Source: Acidimicrobiaceae bacterium
Lineage (GTDB): Bacteria; Actinomycetota; Acidimicrobiia; Acidimicrobiales; Bog-793
Length of the DNA: 64,000 nucleotides
Direction of reading: 5' to 3'
NCBI GenBank assembly: GCA_025464005.1
Contig: JAODBO010000159.1
Location: forward strand, 9,633 to 73,632
Part shown: positions 8,689-16,357 of the stretch, in pieces
Numbering within the stretch: the first letter of the stretch is position 1
Layout: every line of letters begins with the position of its first letter
Program-made: the position numbers and the translations under genes
Notes under the pieces: model-generated
Told to the model about the DNA's origin: nothing
Database searches by the model: none
The model's input: only the letters and a program-made list of their open reading frames with translations

Positions 8689-9906
8689 TCAGGACAGCCC
8701 GGTCGTCGGCGCGTCCGCTCGCACCGCGAACCCGTCGAAGACGTGCCGTCCGATCTCGAGCAGACCTGCGACGTCGACGACGTCGCCAGACAGGTGCGGG
8801 ACCGTGACGGTCACGGAGTGGCCCCTCGACATCTCCGCGAGCAGCTCGGACTCGCGTCGCGCCACGAGCTCGAAGTTCGCGAAGCTCCTCCCGACCTCCT
8901 GGAGCACTCGCTCGACCTGGTCGACTCCGCCGAGCCCGTCGGCGAGCGTCGAGGAGAGCGCAGTTGCGACTGCCTCGGACCGCGTCTGCAACGACTCGGC
9001 CACCGCTTCGGCGTCGGGGTCGGCGAAGCTCGGCGGGAGCACCTTGTTGGCCACGAGCAGCCCGAGATGCAGGTGGCGCTCGGCGAGCGCCTCCGCGAAG
9101 CGTGCGGCCTCGAGAGCAGGCACCGTCTCGAGCGTGGTGACGACCATGAAGGTGGTGCGGGGATCGCGCAGCAGGCCGCTCACCGACTGAGCACGACTGA
9201 CGAACCCGTCGTACATGCTCTGGAACAGGCGGAAGAACTCCGCCACGTCCTCGAGGAACTGCGTGCCGAGGATGCGGTCCGCGACTTGGTAGAACGGGCG
9301 AGATGCGAGACTCACGAGACGCGACCGGGACGGCGCGATGAGCCACCGGAGCAGGCCGGACGCGAAGAAGTCCGCCATCCGCTGGGGCGCGTCGAGGAAG
9401 TCGAGCGCGTTGCGCGTCGGCGGGGTGTCCACCACGAGCAGGTCGTACTCGCCCTCGGCGTGGATCTCGTAGAGGCGTTCCATGGCGATGTACTCATGGC
9501 TCTGCGCGAAGCGCCCCGTGATGTTCTGATAGAGCGGGTTCGCGAGGATCTGGTCGGCCGTGCTGCGGTCGGGGGCGTGCCGGCGCACGAGCGCGTCCCA
9601 CGACTGCTTCGTGTCGAGCATCGCCGCCCAGAGCTCGCCCTTCGGGCGCACTCCCGCCGCGGTGAACGTCGAGGGCGACACCCGGGACGCGGCGTTGCCT
9701 ATCCCGTCGACGCCGAGAGCATCGGCGAGCCTGCGAGCGGGATCGACGGTGAGAACGAGCACCTTGGCGCCCGATCTCGCGGCAGCGGTCGCCGCCACCG
9801 CCGCGGCCGCGGTCGTCTTGCCGACGCCGCCCGGACCGCAGGCCACGACGATCTCCCGAGCGGCGAGGAGGCTCTCGACTGGCGACGCGGCGCGGCGCGG
9901 CGTCAC
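8689..9906 (-). CDS. ArsA/Get3-like ATPase (second of pair)
   Basis: Deviant Walker A 'CGPGGVGKTT' and 'VVDTPPT'; length and architecture match ArsA-family proteins. Confidence 0.85.
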   Translation of the reverse strand: MTPRRAASPVESLLAAREIVVACGPGGVGKTTAAAAVAATAAARSGAKVLVLTVDPARRLADALGVDGIGNAASRVSPSTFTAAGVRPKGELWAAMLDTKQSWDALVRRHAPDRSTADQILANPLYQNITGRFAQSHEYIAMERLYEIHAEGEYDLLVVDTPPTRNALDFLDAPQRMADFFASGLLRWLIAPSRSRLVSLASRPFYQVADRILGTQFLEDVAEFFRLFQSMYDGFVSRAQSVSGLLRDPRTTFMVVTTLETVPALEAARFAEALAERHLHLGLLVANKVLPPSFADPDAEAVAESLQTRSEAVATALSSTLADGLGGVDQVERVLQEVGRSFANFELVARRESELLAEMSRGHSVTVTVPHLSGDVVDVAGLLEIGRHVFDGFAVRADAPTTGLS

Positions 9907-10862
9907 TCGCCGAGCTCCTCGCCGAGCGCGTCGGCAACCTGGCGCACGGCCCGCGCACCGTAGGCGCGACCGAACAGGTACGGGAGGTACGCGAGCGGAA
10001 GCGCCGGGTCGAGCGCCGCTCGTAGGCGCTCGAGGTGCGCTGCCCCGCTCCGGCGTATCCGCACGGCAAGCCCCGCGGCGTTGAGGACGTCGGTGACGGC
10101 CTCCTCGGTGCAGTCGCCCAACGCCTCGGCGACGTGGAGCGCGCCTCCGTCGGCGACGATCGCGTCGAATATCTCCTGCTCGCCTCGGGAGAACAGCTCC
10201 GGCATCACGCGGTTGGCGACCATCGCGGCCAGGTGCACACCCGTCTCACGTTCCAGTCGGCCCGCCAGCTCCACGGCCTCGTTGACCGGCATCTCCTCTG
10301 GCGTGGTCACGACGCAGACGCCGGTCTGGTGCGGGTCGCCGAGGATGTCGAGCATCCAGCGCGTCTGGGAGCGCACCGCGCCGACCTTCACGAGCTCGTT
10401 GATCCCGACCGGAGCGGCGAGCTGCCCGACGATGTTCCCCGTCGCCGACGCGTCGACGACGATGAGGTCGAAGTGGTTCTCCCGGACCTCGTAGCAGAGC
10501 TTTCCCACGGTGAGGATCTCCCGGACGCCCGGCGCCGCGCTGGCGACGAAGTCGAACGCACGTGCGACCGGCCCGATACGCCCGATCGTCGGCACGCGAA
10601 GGTTGAGCCGCAGGTACTCGCGCAGCGACGCCTCGGTGTCCATCTCCATGGCATGCAGGCCGGGAGCGACCTCACGGGGCACGAACCCGAGCGGCCCGCA
10701 CTCGTAGGCTGCGGCGACGTCGCCCTTGGGCTCGACCTCGCAAACGAGGGCGCGCCGGCCACGCTCGCTCGCCATGAGGCCGAGCGCGGCGGCGACGGTC
10801 GTCTTTCCTACCCCGCCTTTCCCGGTGACGAAGAGCAGCCGGCGGTCGAGCAGACCGCTCAA
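9903..10862 (-). CDS. ArsA/Get3-like ATPase (first of pair)
   Basis: 'VTGKGGVGKTTVAAALG' P-loop and 'VVDASATG'. Overlaps the downstream paralogue by 4 bp. Confidence 0.85.
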   Translation of the reverse strand: MSGLLDRRLLFVTGKGGVGKTTVAAALGLMASERGRRALVCEVEPKGDVAAAYECGPLGFVPREVAPGLHAMEMDTEASLREYLRLNLRVPTIGRIGPVARAFDFVASAAPGVREILTVGKLCYEVRENHFDLIVVDASATGNIVGQLAAPVGINELVKVGAVRSQTRWMLDILGDPHQTGVCVVTTPEEMPVNEAVELAGRLERETGVHLAAMVANRVMPELFSRGEQEIFDAIVADGGALHVAEALGDCTEEAVTDVLNAAGLAVRIRRSGAAHLERLRAALDPALPLAYLPYLFGRAYGARAVRQVADALGEELGE

Positions 10863-10877
10863 GGGCGGGCCCCCGGC

Positions 10878-11114
10878 CTACGGGGCGCCGAAGCCGACCC
10901 GGCGGTCGTCGCTCGTCTCCCCCACCTCGACCCATGCAACCTTGGCGCTCGGCACACCGACACGCCGGCCGCGCTTGTCAGTTAGCCAGAGCACGCCTTC
11001 GGGCGACGACAAGGCACCTTCGATGTCGGCGAGCAGCTGCTCGCGGCCGACGTCGGCACCGAGCTCCACGTCGAGCTCCTTCGCCGTCTGGATGATCCCG
11101 ATCCGCACGTCCAC
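10878..11114 (-). CDS. DUF3107 family protein
   Basis: 'VDVRIGIIQTAKELDVEL...LWLTDKRGRRVGVPSAKVAWVEVGE' matches my memory of the small actinobacterial DUF3107 family. GTG start at 11114 chosen; the ORF track runs to 11147. Confidence 0.75.
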   Translation of the reverse strand: MDVRIGIIQTAKELDVELGADVGREQLLADIEGALSSPEGVLWLTDKRGRRVGVPSAKVAWVEVGETSDDRRVGFGAP

Positions 11115-11203
11115 CCGTTCGCTCCTGTTCGATGTCCCAGGCGCCATCGTAGGGTGTCGGCAGGTCGCTCAAGCTCCTCCGGTCGCGCCGAAGGGTCGCT
11201 TGA

Positions 11204-12376
11204 TCATCCGAGAGTCGTGCCAGGCGCGCCCGGACCGGCGAAGGACCGGCCTCCGTGGCCGCCGAAGCCCCTTTCGCCGCCGGAGGGACCGGGGCCAGTA
11301 CGGGCGCCGAGCACCGTGACCGATTTCGCTGCGAACGTGGTCGGCGATCCGGGCGTCCCCTCCGCCAGGATCCCGTCACCGACCTTGACCGCCGAGAGCG
11401 ACGACGCAGCGCTCGAGCCAGGCGTCGTGCCCGGGGTCGTGAAGCGCGTGGACGAATCGGTCGTCACCTGTACCGAGGTGGTGGGCGACGTGCCCGACGG
11501 TCCGGGGGCGGAGCGCTCCGAGATCGTGATCGTCGTCCCCGAGACCGCCGTCACCGTGCCCTGTACCTGCGGGAGCACGACCTCGATGCTCGATGCGTCC
11601 AGGTCTGTCTGGTCCGCGTCGAGCGTCCCCGTCGCGACGATCTGCGAGCCGACGGCGACCGTCGAGGATGTCGTGCTGCTGCCCGCCTCGCTGTAGGTGG
11701 TCGAGGAGCTCACGTGGATCGTGCGCTCGAAGCCCTGCGAGTCCCGCACGACGACGGTCGAGCCGTCGTCGCTGACCACCGCGCCCTCGAGCGTCGGCCC
11801 GACGACGTCGACCTGCGCCGCAGTCGGCGCGGACGAGCCCGCGGTTGCGCTCGTCGGCCGCACGGCCACGGTCTCTCCGACCACGACAGCGCCCGAGGTG
11901 GCCGACGCTCCCTGCTTCTCGTATGCGGTCGACGCGTTCGTCGTGACGGTGATCGTCGAGCCGGCAGAGGTCGAGGCCGAGCTGCCCGAGCTCGTGAGGT
12001 CGAGCGTGATCGACCCACTTCCGACCGAGGTGACCACCCCCGAGAGCGCTTCGCGACCCGCGAGCGCGCCCGGACCGGCGAAGTACGCACCGCCGAGGCC
12101 TGCGCCGCCCTGAGGGCCGCCTACCGGGTTCGTAGCTGCGTCGGCGGCGACCGACGTGGAAGGCGTGCTGCTCGTCGTGGCGGAGGCGATGCCGTAGCCA
12201 CCCGCCGCCGCGCCCGCGACGAACGCCGCGCCCGTCGCTCCGGCGAGCAGCCGGTGACGTCCGAGACCTCGTCGGGCCCTTCCGGAAAGCCCGCCTCCTC
12301 CGATGCTGCCCACACCGGCCTCACCGTCAGCGCCCGAGGCCGACCCTTCGCTGTTGCGCCCGTGTCCGTCGTCCAT
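11204..12376 (-). CDS. secreted Ser/Thr/Gly-rich protein with three DUF5666-like beta repeats
   Basis: Signal-like 'RRGLGRHRLLAGATGAAFVAGAAAGG'. Three repeats of the pattern 'xGxVxSVxGxTITV....V.VTxxTxY......vxVGxxVxV'. I chose the ATG at 12376 ('MDDGHG') so it does not overlap the divergent gene. Confidence 0.6.
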   Translation of the reverse strand: MDDGHGRNSEGSASGADGEAGVGSIGGGGLSGRARRGLGRHRLLAGATGAAFVAGAAAGGYGIASATTSSTPSTSVAADAATNPVGGPQGGAGLGGAYFAGPGALAGREALSGVVTSVGSGSITLDLTSSGSSASTSAGSTITVTTNASTAYEKQGASATSGAVVVGETVAVRPTSATAGSSAPTAAQVDVVGPTLEGAVVSDDGSTVVVRDSQGFERTIHVSSSTTYSEAGSSTTSSTVAVGSQIVATGTLDADQTDLDASSIEVVLPQVQGTVTAVSGTTITISERSAPGPSGTSPTTSVQVTTDSSTRFTTPGTTPGSSAASSLSAVKVGDGILAEGTPGSPTTFAAKSVTVLGARTGPGPSGGERGFGGHGGRSFAGPGAPGTTLG

Positions 12377-12503
12377 AGCGTGACCTCCCGAGAGCCTGCG
12401 GCCGAGCGCGTCGCCCGGTTGATGGCGATGCTCGCGCCGACGCCTGGGACCACCCTGCGAACGCGCCGGGCTCCACCCGTGAGCCCGGGAGGCACTCGCG
12501 GAG

Positions 12504-13154
12504 ATGTATGAAATGCTCTGGTCGATGGTCGACTGGGCGACGATCTCCTCGCTCGCGGGCGCCGGCGGGACCCTGGTGCTCGCGGTCGCGACGTTCGCGT
12601 CCGTGCGCTCGGCCAACCGAGCCGCGCGGGCGGCCGAGAGGTCGCTATTGGCGGGCTTGCGGCCCGTCCTCATGCCGTCTCGCCTCGAAGACCCGCCCGA
12701 GAAGATCTCCTTCGTCGACGCGCACTGGGTGAAGGTCAATGGGGGCCACGCCGCGTTCGAGGTCGGCGAGGACGCGATCTACCTGGTCATCGCCTTGCGC
12801 AACGCGGGCAGCGGCATCGCCGTCCTCCACGGCTGGTCGTTCCACCCCGATCGACTCCTCGGCGACACCGGCCACGCCGATCCGAGCGACTTCCGGCGGC
12901 TTTCGCGTGACATATATGTGCCGGCCGGGGACGTCGGCTTCTGGCAAGGCGCCTTCCGGGACCCGACCGACCCCGCGTTTGCAGCTGCGAGAGACGCCGC
13001 CGACCAGCGCAAGATGGTCACCATTGACCTGTTGTACGGGGACCACGAGGGCGGCCAGAGGATGATCAGTCGGTTCACGCTCATGCCCGCGAGCGATTCG
13101 TGGCTGGCGAGCGTGTCGCGTCACTGGAACCTGGATCGAGCCGATCCCCGCTGA
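12504..13154 (+). CDS. hypothetical membrane-anchored protein
   Basis: 216-aa ORF with one N-terminal TM helix ('ISSLAGAGGTLVLAVATFA') and GC3-rich codons. No family recognised. Confidence 0.5.
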   Translation: MYEMLWSMVDWATISSLAGAGGTLVLAVATFASVRSANRAARAAERSLLAGLRPVLMPSRLEDPPEKISFVDAHWVKVNGGHAAFEVGEDAIYLVIALRNAGSGIAVLHGWSFHPDRLLGDTGHADPSDFRRLSRDIYVPAGDVGFWQGAFRDPTDPAFAAARDAADQRKMVTIDLLYGDHEGGQRMISRFTLMPASDSWLASVSRHWNLDRADPR

Positions 13155-13211
13155 TGGCGGCGGGCGACGACTGCCATGGCTCGCCGGCTGCTCGGCGAGA
13201 GCCCGGATTGC

Positions 13212-14159
13212 TCAGGGCACGAGCACGATCTTGCCGTGAGTGTGGCCTGAGATGATCGCCCGGTGCGCCGCGGCCGCCTCGCTCAGCGGGTAGCTCGCGG
13301 CGACCAGCACCCGGAGCTTGCCGGCCTCGGCCAGCCGCACGAGCTCCAAGCGGGCCGCAGAGCGGATCTCGGTACCGGGGTCGGCGCCCGGCGCGTTGCC
13401 GAGCACCTTCACACCGAGCTCGGCGCCTCGCTGGAAGCCGACGAGGGTCGCGATCCGGCCGCGGTCAGCGACCAGGGCCACGGAGACATCGAGCGCCTCG
13501 TCGGTACCGACCGTGTCGATCGCGCTGTCCACACCCGCGGGTGTGAGAGCGCGGATCCGCTCGAGGAGGCCGGGGCCGTAGGTCACGGGCTCAGCGCCGA
13601 GCTCGCGCAGGTACGCGTGCGCGCTTTCGCTTGCCGTGCCGATGACCCGCGCTCCAGCGTTCACGGCCAGCTGGACGGCCATGAGGCCGACCCCGCCGGC
13701 CGCGCCGTGGATCACCAGCGTGTCACCGATGCCGACGCCAGTCACCGACAGCGCGTGTACCGCAGTCGTCCCTGTCACCATCAGGCCGGCCGCCTCCTCG
13801 AAGGAGAGCGTCGACGGCTTCGGCAGCACGGAGGATGCCCGTGCCACGACCTCGGCGGCATAAGCGCCCGGGACCGGATAAGCGATGACCTCGTCGCCGG
13901 GGCTCACCGGACCTGCGGGTCCCTCGGCACCATCGCCGACGGCGGTCACCACGCCGGCCGCCTCGAAGCCGAGGCGCATCGGCAGCTTGGCCGGATCAGT
14001 GCCGAACTCCCCGCTGTACATCTTGGCATCGAAGGGGTTCACGCCGGCGGCCCGCACCGCTACCGCGACCTCGCCCGGACCTGGCGCGCCGACCGGCACG
14101 TCGATCACGGACAGAACCTCCGGTGGGCCGAACGCGGTCGCAACCACGACACTCGTCAT
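13212..14159 (-). CDS. qor: NADPH:quinone oxidoreductase / zinc-type alcohol dehydrogenase superfamily (MDR)
   Basis: 'GEVAVAVRAAGVNPFD' and Rossmann motif 'VIHGAAGGVG'; ~315 aa, typical Qor. Confidence 0.85.
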   Translation of the reverse strand: MTSVVVATAFGPPEVLSVIDVPVGAPGPGEVAVAVRAAGVNPFDAKMYSGEFGTDPAKLPMRLGFEAAGVVTAVGDGAEGPAGPVSPGDEVIAYPVPGAYAAEVVARASSVLPKPSTLSFEEAAGLMVTGTTAVHALSVTGVGIGDTLVIHGAAGGVGLMAVQLAVNAGARVIGTASESAHAYLRELGAEPVTYGPGLLERIRALTPAGVDSAIDTVGTDEALDVSVALVADRGRIATLVGFQRGAELGVKVLGNAPGADPGTEIRSAARLELVRLAEAGKLRVLVAASYPLSEAAAAHRAIISGHTHGKIVLVP

Positions 14160-14291
14160 CAGTGGTGCAACCTACTCCGTCCCTCCACTATTGCGGCCCG
14201 CGCCTACTCGACCGCTCCGGGCGTGCGGCGCGGCGCCCCGAGCGAACGACCGGAGTACGCTAGGCAGGGCGCAACCTCGAAGGGAGGCGCC

Positions 14292-14849
14292 ATGTGGGTC
14301 GTGGCTGGAATCCTGCTCGGTGTGGTGGTACTGGCGAGTCTCGTCGGCCTGCACACGGGGCCGCACACCCACTTCGTGGCCGGCGTCGTCGGCGTCGTGG
14401 CCGCCGGCTGGCTCGCCTTCATGGCCGTGGACCTGTCAGCGCGCACCCTCGTGCTGTCTCTCCTCGCGGCAGATCTCGTGGTCTCGGGAGGCGTCGGGTT
14501 CGCCGCCTGGCGCGGGCTCTCCGCCCAGCACCGCCAGCCGGTCGGTCGTGGTCTGCACTCGCTCGAAGGAGCGATGGGCGTTACGGTCGGCGGCTTGGCC
14601 CCGGGCGGGATCGTCCGTGTCCGCGGTGAGAGCTGGTCCGCCACCTCGCTCAACGGCATCGTGCCCGACGGCGGCGCCGTCCAGGTGATCAGCGTCGAAG
14701 GCGTTCGGCTCAACGTGTGGGCCGAGGACCCGATCGGCGAGGTTCCGCTTGGTGGCGGCGCGAGCACAGGGAACGGCATTGCAGGTAGTAGGCAGGAAGA
14801 CACGGAGCGCTCTTCGCATAGCTCCGGGAGCGGAGGGCTCGAGTCATGA
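14292..14849 (+). CDS. nfeD: NfeD family membrane protein
   Basis: Two TM helices then an OB-like C-terminus 'GIVRVRGESWSATS...GAVQVISVEGVRLNV'. ATG preceded by GAAGGGAGG. It forms the 3' part of a long shadow ORF (13263..14849) and overlaps the SPFH start. Confidence 0.8.
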   Translation: MWVVAGILLGVVVLASLVGLHTGPHTHFVAGVVGVVAAGWLAFMAVDLSARTLVLSLLAADLVVSGGVGFAAWRGLSAQHRQPVGRGLHSLEGAMGVTVGGLAPGGIVRVRGESWSATSLNGIVPDGGAVQVISVEGVRLNVWAEDPIGEVPLGGGASTGNGIAGSRQEDTERSSHSSGSGGLES

Positions 14850-15811
14850 TCATCGCCGTAGTCGCAGTCATCGTCGTGCTCGGCGCGCTGGTCGCCATGG
14901 CTGCGTCGGTGAAGATCGTGCGCGAGTACCAACGGATCGTGCTCTTCAGACTTGGCCGGGTCGTCGGCACGAAGGGCCCGGGGCTCGTGGTCATCAACCC
15001 GGTGACAGACCGCACGAGCCTCGTGGACCTTCGCGAGCAGTTCCTCGAGATCCCCCACCAGACGGCGATCACGAAGGACAACGCGCCGATCTCGATCGAC
15101 TTCATCATCTTCTACAAGGTGGTCGATCCCCAGATGTCGGTCATCACCGTGCAGAACTTCGCCGGCGCGGCGCTCAACGTCGCGTCCACCACGCTGCGCA
15201 GCGTGGTCGGCGACATGGCGCTCGACGACGTGCTCTCCAAGCGCGAGGACATGAACGCGTCGCTTCGCGTCCGGCTCGACGACGTCACCGAGCGATGGGG
15301 CATGAAGGTGACGAGCGTCGAGGTCCGCGAGGTCAACCCGCCGCCCGGCGTCCTCGAAGCGATGACGCGCCAGATGTCGGCCGAGCGGACACGGCGCGCC
15401 GCTATCACCGAGGCCGAAGGCATGAAGGCGGCGGCGATCCTGTCGGCCGAGGGCGAGCGCCAGGCGGCGATCACCCTCGCGGAGGGCCGCAAGGAGGCGA
15501 CGATCCTGTCGGCCGAGGGAGAGCGGCAGTCGACGCTGCTGCGCGCGCAGGGCTTCAGCTCCGCGCTCGAGGTCATCGTGCGCGTCGCACGCGATCTCGA
15601 CGACAAGACGATGCTCCTGCAGTACCTCGACACGTTGAAGCAGGTGGGCTCTTCCCCCTCCACGAAGTTCATCGTGCCGATGGAGCTCGCTGGTCTCTTG
15701 AACGGGGTGAAGGGTCTCTTGCCTCCGGCAACGGCCCAGCAGTCGTTGAAGCCGGCAGCGGTTCCGCCGGTGGAAGGCTCCGACAACGGGCGTGCGACGA
15801 CCTCGTCCTAG
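14846..15811 (+). CDS. SPFH/band-7 (stomatin/slipin-like) protein
   Basis: N-terminal TM then 'VKIVREYQRIVLFRLGR..GPGLVVINP', 'TKDNAPISID', and a coiled-coil AEG/AER repeat tail. Confidence 0.9.
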   Translation: MIIAVVAVIVVLGALVAMAASVKIVREYQRIVLFRLGRVVGTKGPGLVVINPVTDRTSLVDLREQFLEIPHQTAITKDNAPISIDFIIFYKVVDPQMSVITVQNFAGAALNVASTTLRSVVGDMALDDVLSKREDMNASLRVRLDDVTERWGMKVTSVEVREVNPPPGVLEAMTRQMSAERTRRAAITEAEGMKAAAILSAEGERQAAITLAEGRKEATILSAEGERQSTLLRAQGFSSALEVIVRVARDLDDKTMLLQYLDTLKQVGSSPSTKFIVPMELAGLLNGVKGLLPPATAQQSLKPAAVPPVEGSDNGRATTSS

Positions 15812-15919
15812 CGGGAGCTGACTCGCCGAACGCTCGAGGACCTAGGCTGCAGCGATGGGCGACGCGTCGGCGCGGACGAGGGACCTGCACCTAGCACGCT
15901 CTCGCCGACAGCCGCGAGC

Positions 15920-16297
15920 GTGATCCGGCTGAGGCGAAGGCGGCCGGACATCCGCCCGCTCGACGTCGCCGCATTCGCCGACGCCACCTCGGTGACGTTG
16001 ACCACCAGCTTGAACCAGATCCTGCACTCGACGGACGACGGTCGGACCATCGAAGCGCTCCTCGAGCTCATCGGCAGGTACCCCGACGGTTGGTCGGTGC
16101 CACGAAACGGCGTCCCGATCGCCGAGCTCCGTCTGAACTTCTACGGCGCAGTGGGACAGCCGCTCGGCAACGTCGGCATCGGCCGCACCTTCTTGTCGGC
16201 GCACCAGTCGGGTGGGTTCCGCTCCCGCACGGTCGATGGCAGCGTCCGCGAGCAGACGCTCTCCCTCCTCGGCGTACGCGACCCCGACGCGAGCTGA
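15920..16297 (+). CDS. hypothetical protein (125 aa), candidate partner of the downstream effector-like gene
   Basis: GTG-initiated ORF with strong GC3 bias, 60 bp upstream of the 16358 gene on the same strand. No family recognised. Confidence 0.5.
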   Translation: MIRLRRRRPDIRPLDVAAFADATSVTLTTSLNQILHSTDDGRTIEALLELIGRYPDGWSVPRNGVPIAELRLNFYGAVGQPLGNVGIGRTFLSAHQSGGFRSRTVDGSVREQTLSLLGVRDPDAS

Positions 16298-16357
16298 CCC
16301 GAAGGCGTACGGTGGTACCCACCATGCAGCCGCGAACGAGCGACGAGGAGAGCTGAC

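Noticed and set aside
13263-14849. 528-aa plus-strand ORF
   Set aside because: The first ~340 codons are antisense to qor. The real gene is the NfeD portion starting at ATG 14292, which has its own SD.
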